NCBI GenBank assembly: GCA_965203095.1
Contig: OZ241877.1
Span: 1,024,001-1,088,000 of the forward strand
Origin: Bdellovibrionales bacterium
Lineage (GTDB): Bacteria; Bdellovibrionota; Bdellovibrionia; Bdellovibrionales; UBA1609
Direction of reading: 5' to 3'
DNA: 64,000 bases
Shown here: positions 9,454 to 17,957 of the stretch, piece after piece
How the letters are laid out: each line of letters begins with the position of its first letter
How positions within the stretch are numbered: the first letter of the stretch is position 1
Program-made: the position numbers and the translations under genes
Notes under the pieces: model-generated
What the model saw: the letters and a program-made list of their open reading frames with translations, nothing else
What the model was told of the DNA's origin: nothing
Database searches by the model: none

Positions 9454-11652
9454 GTGGCACTTTTAAAACTTCCTTTAGAAAAATCCTCTACTATCACTAT
9501 AGAGGATTTAAAACTCAAGCTAAAAAGCCACAGCTCTAAAATCCAATGGGCTGAGGTTTTTAAAGCTTACAAATATGCTCAAAAAGCCCATAAAGGCCAA
9601 AAAAGACTCAGTGGAGAGCCTTATATCACCCACCCTTTGAGCGTGGCGGATATTCTTTTGGATTTGGGCATGGATCAAGAAAGCCTGATCACAGCTCTTC
9701 TTCATGATGTTGTGGAAGACACCAGCACTTCTCTTCAAGATATAGAAAAAGAATTTGGCCCCACCATAGCTTTTTTGTTGGATGGAGTCACCAAAATTTC
9801 CAGAATTAAATTTCGCAACATTTATCACAAACAAAGTGAGAACATTCGTAAAATGATTGTGGCTATGGGAAAAGATGTCCGGGTGATTTTAATTAAGTTA
9901 GCGGATAGACTTCATAACCTCAGAACTCTCCAATATATGCCCAAAGCTCGGCAAAGGGCCATAGCTAATGAAACTTTAGAAGTTTATACCCCTCTGGCTT
10001 CTCGTTTGGGCATGAATGAAATCAAGGTGGAAATGGAAGATCTGTCTTTTAGTTTTGCCCGGCCAGAGGAATTTACTGAACTGACAAAAAAAATGGCAAA
10101 ACTCAATAAAAATAAAAGCACTTATATAGAAAACACGGCTCGTATTTTAAAAAAGGATCTGCAAAGTCATGGTATTTGGAATTGTGAAGTTCAAGGTCGA
10201 TATAAAAACCTATATTCCATTTACCGCAAAATGCTTTATCAGAGCATTCCTTTTGAGGAGATACATGACATTGTGGCTTTTCGAATCTGTGTGGAGGAAG
10301 TGCATGAGTGCTATGAGGCTTTGGGTTTGACTCATGCCCTTTGGAAGCCGGTTCCTGGCCGATTTAAAGATTTTATTGCTATGCCTAAGAGGAATAACTA
10401 CCAGAGCCTTCATACTACTGTAATAGGGCCTGAAGGGCATCAAATTGAAATTCAAATACGGACACAGGATATGCAGATAATGGCAGAAAGAGGGGTGGCG
10501 GCCCATTGGATTTATAAACTGAAAGGACAAAAAGAGAAGATCAAAGAGAGTCATTTGTCTAAGTTTAACTGGCTAAAGGAGGTTTTGCTCTGGCATCAAA
10601 ATTCTGATGATTCAGAAGAGTTTTTAGAAAATGTCAAAGGAGATCTTTTTGAATCGGAGATTTATGTTTTTACTCCTGAGGGGGATATTAAAGAGTTTCC
10701 CAGTGGTGCCACTCCGGTAGACTTTGCTTATTCCGTTCATACTCAGTTAGGAGAGAGAGCTGTTGGTGCAAAAGTCAATGGCCGACAAGTTTCTTTAGAC
10801 TATCGTTTGAATAGTGGGGACACGGTAGAAGTTGTCACAACAAAAAAGCCCAAGCCATCTAAAGACTGGCTCAAAACCTGCGTGACCTCTAAAGCCCGAT
10901 CCAAAATAAAAAACTTTTTTAAAACAGAGGAGAGAAAAAAATCCCTTGAGATAGGTAAAAAAATGTTTGAAAAAGGTTGTCATCGTTTTAAAGTTTCTGA
11001 GAAATATATTTTATCACATGCCAGCTTTTCTGAATTTATGAAATCCAAAGGCTTAAATAAGAAAGAAGAGCTTTTTATAAGTTTAGGTTTTGGAAAAATC
11101 GTTTTTAAACAAATTTTAGAATATTTTGGAAAAAACAAACAAGGGGAGGCTTTAACCTCCTTAAGTGTCTCATTAAATACAGAGGAAAAAGACCCCTCCA
11201 CTTCTCCTTTAGAGATTGAGGGGGCGGATAATGTCATGGTTCATTTTGCCCGGTGTTGCTATCCGGTAGCAGGAGACCGTGTGAAAGCCTATGTAAGCCG
11301 AAAAAGAGGGATCGTGGTTCACAGGCAAGTATGCAAGGCTTTAGATCAGATATCCTCTGATCGTTTTATAGAAGTGAATTGGAAAAGCGATCAAAGCCAA
11401 AACAATGATTACACTATTTCTTTAAGCACAGTTTGTGCTGACAAGCCGGGAACTTTATCTAAGATCAGCTCTGCTTTTAATTTCTTTGATTTAAATATTA
11501 CCAATCTTAAAGTGAATCGGGCCGACTCTCTAAAGGTTTTTGTGGTTTTTGACACTAAAGTTAAAGGTTTAAGGCAGGCCAATCAACTGCTTGTCCGTTT
11601 ACGGCAAATTGACAATGTCTTGAGTGTTAAAAGGAAGACAGATTTTGATTAA
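9454..11652 (+). CDS. relA: Bifunctional (p)ppGpp synthetase/hydrolase, long RSH
   Basis: Intact HD motif (LLHDVVED), IKLADRLHNLRT, RFKDFIAMPK (RxKD type), YQSLHT, TGS domain (DFAYSVHT), and C-terminal CC/ACT domains. Confidence 0.95.
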   Translation: MALLKLPLEKSSTITIEDLKLKLKSHSSKIQWAEVFKAYKYAQKAHKGQKRLSGEPYITHPLSVADILLDLGMDQESLITALLHDVVEDTSTSLQDIEKEFGPTIAFLLDGVTKISRIKFRNIYHKQSENIRKMIVAMGKDVRVILIKLADRLHNLRTLQYMPKARQRAIANETLEVYTPLASRLGMNEIKVEMEDLSFSFARPEEFTELTKKMAKLNKNKSTYIENTARILKKDLQSHGIWNCEVQGRYKNLYSIYRKMLYQSIPFEEIHDIVAFRICVEEVHECYEALGLTHALWKPVPGRFKDFIAMPKRNNYQSLHTTVIGPEGHQIEIQIRTQDMQIMAERGVAAHWIYKLKGQKEKIKESHLSKFNWLKEVLLWHQNSDDSEEFLENVKGDLFESEIYVFTPEGDIKEFPSGATPVDFAYSVHTQLGERAVGAKVNGRQVSLDYRLNSGDTVEVVTTKKPKPSKDWLKTCVTSKARSKIKNFFKTEERKKSLEIGKKMFEKGCHRFKVSEKYILSHASFSEFMKSKGLNKKEELFISLGFGKIVFKQILEYFGKNKQGEALTSLSVSLNTEEKDPSTSPLEIEGADNVMVHFARCCYPVAGDRVKAYVSRKRGIVVHRQVCKALDQISSDRFIEVNWKSDQSQNNDYTISLSTVCADKPGTLSKISSAFNFFDLNITNLKVNRADSLKVFVVFDTKVKGLRQANQLLVRLRQIDNVLSVKRKTDFD

Positions 11653-11716
11653 AGTTCCCGCAAAGCTTTTCAGCTGGCCCCCGGCAAGTGAGGTGAGGGA
11701 AAAAAGTGGACTCTTT

Positions 11717-12697
11717 TTAAGGTGTTTGATTTTTTAAGGCTTTTGTAAGTTTGGGGACAATATCAAACAGATCACCCACAATTCCATAAGAGCATTTTTT
11801 AAAAAAAGGAGCCGAAGGGTCTTTATTTATCACTACAACGACTCGGCTATTTTGCATTCCGGCCAAGTGCTGAATGGCTCCAGAAATGCCACAGGCAATA
11901 TACAATTTAGGTGAAACGGTTTTGCCCGTTTGCCCCACTTGCCGGCTATAAGCCTGCCAGCCGGCATCGGTGACGGCACGAGAGGCCCCTACAACTCCGC
12001 CTATAGTTTGAGCCAGCTCTTTTAACATTTTAAAATTTTCCCCATTCATCAGACCCCGGCCCCCAGAGACAATGATCTCTGCCTCACTCAGATCTTGAAC
12101 AGGCTTTTCCGGGCTTTTAAAACTTTTATGTGTGATAGGGTTTAGGGGCAATTTGAGATCTAAGGCTGAGGCTTGGGATCCTCCTTTTTTAAAAGCTCCT
12201 TTGAGCCGGCCGGCTGGAATGAGACAAAAAACAGGTTCTTGGCTTGAAACCTTAACTTCAAAATGCCCGACCAGCTTTCCCGCATAAAGAGGTTTAAAGG
12301 CATGAATCAATTCTTTTTTGAATTTTAGATCTTGAACTTCATTTAAAAAAGGAGCATTCAAAATGGCAGAAAGCCATGGGAAATAATCTTTATTTTTTAA
12401 TGTGGCTGTGGAGATTATGCAGTTTGCCGGTTCTTTTTCTAAATAAAGCTTTAAAGCGGTCCCATAAGCTTTGGGATTATAAAATTTGAGTTTTTCGGAA
12501 AAGAAAAAGTGCCGGACAGCAGTCGGTAAATTCTTTTCAGAAAAATTCTCCGGTCTCTCGCCTAAGGCCAAAGCAGAAACTTGAACAGAACCTTCTCCCT
12601 CAAAACAGGAGTCAGAAGTTTCAAAAAAACCCAATAGGTCCAAGTCAGAAGGCTTTAATCCTTCTTTAGAACTGTCTATAAGGATTAAAAGTTTCAT
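11717..12697 (-). CDS. etfA: Electron transfer flavoprotein alpha subunit
   Basis: IIVSGGRG, GASRAVTDAGW, QVGQTGKTVSPKLYIACGISGAIQHLAGM. Confidence 0.95.
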   Translation of the reverse strand: MKLLILIDSSKEGLKPSDLDLLGFFETSDSCFEGEGSVQVSALALGERPENFSEKNLPTAVRHFFFSEKLKFYNPKAYGTALKLYLEKEPANCIISTATLKNKDYFPWLSAILNAPFLNEVQDLKFKKELIHAFKPLYAGKLVGHFEVKVSSQEPVFCLIPAGRLKGAFKKGGSQASALDLKLPLNPITHKSFKSPEKPVQDLSEAEIIVSGGRGLMNGENFKMLKELAQTIGGVVGASRAVTDAGWQAYSRQVGQTGKTVSPKLYIACGISGAIQHLAGMQNSRVVVVINKDPSAPFFKKCSYGIVGDLFDIVPKLTKALKNQTP

Positions 12698-13449
12698 AAA
12701 ATTTTTTCCTTTTCTTTTAAAATTTGGATCAGTTGAGCCACTTTCTCCTCACTGTTCCCTGGAATTATATAAGGAGCTTGTTTTTCCGGAGGAAGACTCA
12801 AGCTTTTAAGCCTTATTCTCTCTTCTTTTTTTATGTCCACCGGAAAGGAGCGAAAGGGCTTTTTTTTTGCTTTCATAATGCCTGGAAGTGAGGGATAGCC
12901 GGGCTGATTAAGCCCCTTGTCTGCTGAAAGAAGTAGGGGAGGAGTGGCGGTTAAACTCTCTTCCACAGCCTGCCCGCATTCTCTTACTAAGTGGAATAGG
13001 CCCTCTTGAAACTCCAGTTTATTTACATTGGTGACAAAGGGAAGATCTAAAAGCCCGGCGAGCATTTGAGGGACAGCAAAGTTGTTAGAATCTGTCGATA
13101 ACTTCCCACAAAAAATCAAAGACAGGCTAGGAATTTCAACAATTTTGTTTTTTAAAATTTGAGCAATGATCAAAGGATCTCTTAGATTTTGATCAACAAC
13201 AAGATGAAAAGCCTCATCTGCCCCAAGGGATAATGCAGTCATCAGTGCCTCTCTGGCTCGTTTTGGCCCTAAGGTGATGACAAAAAGTTTTCCTTGGAAT
13301 TGGCTTTTTAGTTTTAAAGCCTCTTCTAAAGCAAATTCATCATAAGGAGATATGACCCATTTGAGTAAGCTTTCATCCACTTCACCATTTTGAATTTGAA
13401 GATTCAGGCCGGTGTCAGGGACTTGTTTAATGGGGACAAGAATGTTCAT
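12694..13449 (-). CDS. etfB: Electron transfer flavoprotein beta subunit
   Basis: MNILVPIKQVPDT, ISPYDEFALEEAL, YPSLPGIMKAKKKP. Likely start is ATG 13449. Confidence 0.93.
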   Translation of the reverse strand: MNILVPIKQVPDTGLNLQIQNGEVDESLLKWVISPYDEFALEEALKLKSQFQGKLFVITLGPKRAREALMTALSLGADEAFHLVVDQNLRDPLIIAQILKNKIVEIPSLSLIFCGKLSTDSNNFAVPQMLAGLLDLPFVTNVNKLEFQEGLFHLVRECGQAVEESLTATPPLLLSADKGLNQPGYPSLPGIMKAKKKPFRSFPVDIKKEERIRLKSLSLPPEKQAPYIIPGNSEEKVAQLIQILKEKEKIL

Positions 13450-13602
13450 CAATCTTGATTTATAAACCAGTTGAAGGCTAAAGGACAAGTTTCAGCTTAA
13501 AAAAATTGCCCATGTTCATGATTTCGCTGACAAAATTTAGTTAAACTTTTGTCCAAAGAGCATTCCATTTCGTGGAAAAAAGCCTGAGTCAGGCTGTTTT
13601 TA

Positions 13603-13632
13603 TTGTCTATTTTAGGATTTTTATGTTATAAT
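13603..13632 (+). promoter_or_regulatory. Putative sigma70 promoter of nuclease-pilin cassette copy 1
   Basis: TTGTCT, 18-bp spacer, TATAAT with extended TG. Conserved before copy 2 (15534-15563) although the sequence around it diverges. Confidence 0.65.
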
Positions 13633-13705
13633 GTTTCTCAAAAGTGGTTGGTTTTTTACCTTAAAAACTGAAAATATGGCTTCTTAAAAAGATGGAGGAG
13701 AAGGG

Positions 13706-14548
13706 ATGAGTAAAACACCTACACCAGATGAAATCTGGAAAATTTTAAAAGAAATTGCTCTCAATCAAAAGGAGTGGGAAAAGAAATGGGAAAAGAAAAG
13801 TTTAGAAGAGGCTCGGCAAGAAAAGAAGAGGGCAGAGGAAGAGGCTCGGCAAGAAAAGAAGAGGGCAGAGGAAGAGGCTCGGCAAGAAAAGAAGAGGGCG
13901 GAAGCAGAGGCTCGGCAAGAAAAGAAGAGGGCAGAGGAAGAGGCTCGGCAAGAAAAGAAGAGGGCGGAAGCAGAGGCTCGGCAAGAAAAGAAGAGGGCAG
14001 AGGAAAAAGCACGGGAGGAAAAAGAATGGGCGGAGTGGAAAAAGAAAGACCAGAAAAAAATAGAGGAAATTCGCATTTTACAAAAAGAAGCAGAGTTGGA
14101 ATCAAAAAAAACGGAGAAGTTGCTTCATAAAGTAATTGGAGATTCTGGAAATCGCTGGGGGAAGTTAGGTGAAAACTTGGTTAAGGGCCAGTTGGCTCAG
14201 CGATTAAAAGAGAGAGGGATTAAAGTGGAAAGGGTAATTACCAATGCAAAAGGCCCTTTTTCAGAGTTTGATCTTATCGCTATCAATGGGAAGGAGGTTG
14301 TAGTTGTGGAAGTTAAAGCCACTTTAGATCCTTCTGATGTTAATGAATTTGAAGAAAATATTAAAAACTTTAAAACTTGGTGGCCAGAATTTAAAAACAA
14401 AACTCTTTATGGTGGAATGGCTTTTTTAATAAAATCTAATCGACAGGCGGATAGTTTAGCACAAAAACGAGGTTTTTTTGTGATTGAGGCGACTGGTGAT
14501 GTGATCTTTCAAAATGAAAAGGATTTTAAGCCCAGAGTCTTTTCTTAA
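13706..14548 (+). CDS. Coiled-coil repeat protein with C-terminal PD-(D/E)XK nuclease-like domain (DUF3782-like), copy 1
   Basis: Strong RBS ggagga. EARQEKKRAE[E/A] x6, then GNRWGKLGE and EFDLIAINGKEVVVVEVK (D...ExK motif). Confidence 0.8.
   Translation: MSKTPTPDEIWKILKEIALNQKEWEKKWEKKSLEEARQEKKRAEEEARQEKKRAEEEARQEKKRAEAEARQEKKRAEEEARQEKKRAEAEARQEKKRAEEKAREEKEWAEWKKKDQKKIEEIRILQKEAELESKKTEKLLHKVIGDSGNRWGKLGENLVKGQLAQRLKERGIKVERVITNAKGPFSEFDLIAINGKEVVVVEVKATLDPSDVNEFEENIKNFKTWWPEFKNKTLYGGMAFLIKSNRQADSLAQKRGFFVIEATGDVIFQNEKDFKPRVFS
13808..14005 (+). repeat. 6 x 33-bp in-frame tandem repeat (EARQEKKRAEE/A)
   Basis: Unit gaggctcggcaagaaaagaagagggcagaggaa, with two variant units ending gcggaagca. 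Confidence 0.95.
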
Positions 14549-14613
14549 TTTCTTTTAATTTGAGAGAGATTAAAGGGGGTTCACTATAAAGGAGAAAAAA
14601 GAGAGTTTAAACG

Positions 14614-15306
14614 ATGAGACCAGCTTTAAAGTTTTTTTATTCTTTTTTTCAATCAGAAAAAGGTTTTTCTTTAACGGAACTTTTAGTTGTTGTGGGCATT
14701 CTTGGGGTTCTTTCAGCTGTGGCTATTCCTACTTATAGCAAATACAAAATCGGTGTTTTACAGACCATTCAAAAATCAGAGCTTGTGGCTGTTTCCAGAG
14801 TCTTAGATCATGTTCATAATGTGGACGGTGGCTACCACCAAAAAATCTATGCGGCCGGCTATCGCCCCAGTAAAGTCATGAAGGTTAATGTTGGATTCAG
14901 ATACAACAAAACCGATCCCCTTTGTTGCTCCAGCCATCCTCAAAGTGCCACGGGAGATTTTAGTTCTTATCTCACTTTATCCTCAGATGTTTATATCGCC
15001 GGAAAAATAGATTCCTCGGTTTCATCATCTGATATATGTGGCCATGCCGATGGCAACTGCACAGAGAAAGGAAACCAGGGACGAACAAAGAACAGTCATC
15101 TAAGCCCCAGCGGTAGTGACTCCAACTGTGCTACTGCTTTTCACAACAAAGCCATTGAATGTGCTTGCAACAGTTTTGTAGTTTTATCGGGAACCAGACC
15201 AAACCCCAAATCCGGGGGGGCCTTATACAGAGCCTATATCAATCAAGACGGCCTGCTTTGCAAAGGGCTATCCTCAACCAAATCAGCCCCCCTAAAACCT
15301 TTTTAA
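14614..15306 (+). CDS. Type IV pilin-like protein, copy 1
   Basis: Class III signal peptide EKG|FSLTELLVVVGILGVLSAVAIPTY (G-1, F1, E5). C-terminal head with 8 Cys. Confidence 0.92.
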   Translation: MRPALKFFYSFFQSEKGFSLTELLVVVGILGVLSAVAIPTYSKYKIGVLQTIQKSELVAVSRVLDHVHNVDGGYHQKIYAAGYRPSKVMKVNVGFRYNKTDPLCCSSHPQSATGDFSSYLTLSSDVYIAGKIDSSVSSSDICGHADGNCTEKGNQGRTKNSHLSPSGSDSNCATAFHNKAIECACNSFVVLSGTRPNPKSGGALYRAYINQDGLLCKGLSSTKSAPLKPF

Positions 15307-15365
15307 CAAAACCTTTCCACACACTATTAAATTTATATCCTAATATCACAAACTAAAGTCTTGAA

Positions 15366-15435
15366 TGTAGTGACCCAAGCCCCTCGAAAACCCTTGATAA
15401 TACTGGATTCTTGATCACAAAATACGGAAGTTAGG
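15366..15435. mobile_element. Possible relic IS end (IS1634-like) between the two cassette copies
   Basis: TGTAGTGAC ... CGGAAGTTAGG resembles my recollection of IS1634-family right ends. No transposase or partner end is present. Confidence 0.25.
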
Positions 15436-15533
15436 TGAATTATCCCATTCTTATTACTGATAATTTGCCCTATCCTTGAAACCTGAAAACTCCAACAAGA
15501 TGGGTATAAGTTTCTCTGATCAATCCATTTTTA

Positions 15534-15563
15534 TTGTCTATTTTAGGATTTTTATGCTATAAT
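15534..15563 (+). promoter_or_regulatory. Putative sigma70 promoter of nuclease-pilin cassette copy 2
   Basis: TTGTCT, 18-bp spacer, TATAAT with extended TG. One base differs from copy 1. Confidence 0.65.
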
Positions 15564-15634
15564 ATCTTAGAGTTTTTGGTTTTTTTATCTAAAAACGGAG
15601 AAATTGGCTTTTTGAAAAAATTGGAGGAGAAGGG

Positions 15635-16390
15635 ATGAGTAAAACACCTACACCAGATGAAATCTGGAAAATTTTAAAAGAAATTGCTCTCAATCAAAAG
15701 GAGTGGGAAAAGAAATGGGAAAAGAAATGGGAAAAGAAAAGTTTAGAAGAGGCTCGGCAAGAAAAGAAGAGGGCAGAGGAAGAGGCTCGGCAAGAAAAGA
15801 AGAGGGCAGAGGAAGAGGCTCGGCAAGAAAAGAAGAGGGCAGAGGAAAAAGCACGGGAGGAAAAAGAATGGGCGGAGTGGAAAAAGAAAGACCAGAAAAA
15901 AATAGAGGAAATTCGCATTTTACAAAAAGAGGCAGAGCTGGAATCAAAAAAAACGGAGAAGTTGCTTCATAAAGTAATTGGAGATTCTGGAAATCGCTGG
16001 GGGAAGTTAGGTGAAAACTTGGTTAAGGGCCAGTTGGCTCAGCGATTAAAAGAGAGAGGGATTAAAGTGGAAAGGGTAATTACCAATGCAAAAGGCCCTT
16101 TTTCAGAGTTTGATCTTATCGCTATCAATGGGAAGGAGGTTGTAGTTGTGGAAGTTAAAGCCACTTTAGATCCTTCTGATGTTAATGAATTTGAAGAAAA
16201 TATTAAAAACTTTAAAACTTGGTGGCCAGAATTTAAAAACAAAACTCTTTATGGTGGAATGGCTTTTTTAATAAAATCTAATCGACAGGCGGATAGTTTA
16301 GCACAAAAACGAGGTTTTTTTGTGATTGAGGCGACTGGTGATGTGATCTTTCAAAATGAAAAGGATTTTAAGCCCAGAGTCTTTTCTTAA
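15635..16390 (+). CDS. Coiled-coil repeat / PD-(D/E)XK nuclease-like protein, copy 2
   Basis: Same as 13706-14548 but with 3 instead of 6 EARQEKKRAEE units and one extra EKKW. Confidence 0.8.
   Translation: MSKTPTPDEIWKILKEIALNQKEWEKKWEKKWEKKSLEEARQEKKRAEEEARQEKKRAEEEARQEKKRAEEKAREEKEWAEWKKKDQKKIEEIRILQKEAELESKKTEKLLHKVIGDSGNRWGKLGENLVKGQLAQRLKERGIKVERVITNAKGPFSEFDLIAINGKEVVVVEVKATLDPSDVNEFEENIKNFKTWWPEFKNKTLYGGMAFLIKSNRQADSLAQKRGFFVIEATGDVIFQNEKDFKPRVFS
15749..15847 (+). repeat. 3 x 33-bp in-frame tandem repeat
   Basis: Same unit as 13808-14005. Confidence 0.95.
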
Positions 16391-16455
16391 TTTCTTTTAA
16401 TTTGAGAGAGATTAAAGGGGGTTCACTATAAAGGAGAAAAAAGAGAGTTTAAACG

Positions 16456-17139
16456 ATGAGACCAGCTTTAAAGTTTTTTTATTCTTTTTTTCAATCAGAA
16501 AAAGGTTTTTCTTTAACGGAACTTTTAGTTGTTGTGGGCATTCTTGGGGTTCTTTCAGCTGTGGCTATTCCTACTTATAGCAAATACAAAATCGGTGTTT
16601 TACAGACCATTCAAAAATCAGAGCTTGTGGCTGTTTCTAAATATTTATATCATACTCATAATGTGGACGGTGGCTATCATCAAAAAATTTGGGCAATGGG
16701 CTATCGCCCCAATAAAATAATGCAGACTCAAATTGGAATGGACTATGCCAGAGGTGTGGCCAGCCCCATCTGTTGCAATAAATTTCCTCAAGACGCTACA
16801 ACAGCAACAAACCGAGCGAGCAATTATTTCACCCTTACAAGCAATATTTATACCGTAACCCATGATGATTCATTTACTAATATTGAACAGATGTGCACAG
16901 GAGGAAAATGTGAGTTAAAATACTATAAGCACCATTCCCAATGGGCGATTAAACACTCCGGCCTTGCTGGCGATTGCTGGTCTGATTTCAACCAAAAATC
17001 AATTAAATGCACATGTGATACATTTATTTTACTTGCTACAAATAATATTAAGGGTAATATACCGAGGGCTTTCATGAATAACAAAGGGCTTATTTGCAAA
17101 TCTACAGGAAATATCACTACTAACATAAATAAATTTTGA
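16456..17139 (+). CDS. Type IV pilin-like protein, copy 2 (divergent head)
   Basis: N-terminal ~61 aa identical to 14614-15306. The rest is divergent but keeps HNVDGGYHQKI, GYRP and 8 Cys. Confidence 0.92.
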   Translation: MRPALKFFYSFFQSEKGFSLTELLVVVGILGVLSAVAIPTYSKYKIGVLQTIQKSELVAVSKYLYHTHNVDGGYHQKIWAMGYRPNKIMQTQIGMDYARGVASPICCNKFPQDATTATNRASNYFTLTSNIYTVTHDDSFTNIEQMCTGGKCELKYYKHHSQWAIKHSGLAGDCWSDFNQKSIKCTCDTFILLATNNIKGNIPRAFMNNKGLICKSTGNITTNINKF

Positions 17140-17223
17140 TTATATTGCCGGTAAATTCAGAGATAAAGGAGAGTCAATTTAAGTTTTTAGAGTCTTTTAC
17201 CTTAAGGAGGCTTTATTTATCCA

Positions 17224-17895
17224 ATGAATATTTTGATTTATTTTTTGCAAAAAACTATCGGTCAAAAAATTGTTGTGGCCTTAACTGGACTGGGGCTTTG
17301 CCTGTTCCTCTTGATCCACATGGCCGGCAATTTACTGATTCTCTCCGGGCCTTCAGCTTATAACAAATACGCCTATAGCCTTCATGAATTTCCCTTATTT
17401 ATTCTGCTGGAGATGGGCTTAGCCCTTTTTTTTGCCGGACATATTTTGCTCAGCTTTTTGCTCTTGATGAAAAACAAAAAAGCCCGCGGATCAGAGGATT
17501 ATAAAATATTCCATAGTAGTGGGGGGAAAGCCAGCCCTTGGAGACACCGTTTTTTATGGTTTCAAGCTGGCGGACTGTTTATTTTTTTGATCCTTCATCT
17601 GCTGTCTTTTAAATTTGGCCCCTATTATGAGACTCAACTGGAAGGGCAAGTGGTTCGGGATATTTATAGATTGGTTGTGGAAAATTTTAAAAAACCCATT
17701 TACCCTATTGGCTACAGTCTGGTCCTTTTGATTTTATTTGTCCATCTGTTGAGGGGCTTTTCCGCCAGCTTTAAAAGTTTAGGGCTGTCTCGTCCCATCT
17801 ATGTTTTTTTTGTGGAAAAGCTGGCTTGGCTGTTGGCTTTAGTCGTCACCTTTGGCTTTCTTGCTCCAATATGGTATGTTTTTATTTGGATATAA
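17224..17895 (+). CDS. sdhC: Succinate dehydrogenase cytochrome b subunit
   Basis: IGQKIVVALTGL, HMAGNL, several TM helices with His ligands. Lies upstream of sdhA. RBS aaggagg. Confidence 0.88.
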   Translation: MNILIYFLQKTIGQKIVVALTGLGLCLFLLIHMAGNLLILSGPSAYNKYAYSLHEFPLFILLEMGLALFFAGHILLSFLLLMKNKKARGSEDYKIFHSSGGKASPWRHRFLWFQAGGLFIFLILHLLSFKFGPYYETQLEGQVVRDIYRLVVENFKKPIYPIGYSLVLLILFVHLLRGFSASFKSLGLSRPIYVFFVEKLAWLLALVVTFGFLAPIWYVFIWI

Positions 17896-17957
17896 TATGG
17901 TTTTTGTTGGGAAAACCTATTAGACAGTCTTTCGTGAAAAAGCTTAGAATATAAAAC

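Larger units (their letters stand above)
13693..16637 (+). repeat. Tandem direct duplication: 13693-14795 and 15622-16637 (RBS, coiled-coil nuclease gene, intergenic spacer and pilin 5' constant region)
   Basis: By eye the copies are identical except for internal repeat-number indels and two synonymous SNPs. Identity stops after ...cttgtggctgtttc in both pilin genes (offset 1842 bp). Confidence 0.95.

Noticed and set aside
13761..15972. Alternative-frame and antisense ORFs over the 33-bp repeats (e.g. 13761-14105, 13774-14130, 15690-15947)
   Set aside because: Open only because the repeat lacks stops in those frames. No RBS or family features.
13693..16637. Shufflon-type inversion system
   Set aside because: The copies are direct rather than inverted, both pilins are complete, and no recombinase or sfx-like sites were seen.
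14614..17139. Diversity-generating retroelement (TR/VR pair) in the pilins
   Set aside because: Differences are not adenine-specific and include indels, both copies are full ORFs, and no reverse transcriptase is present.
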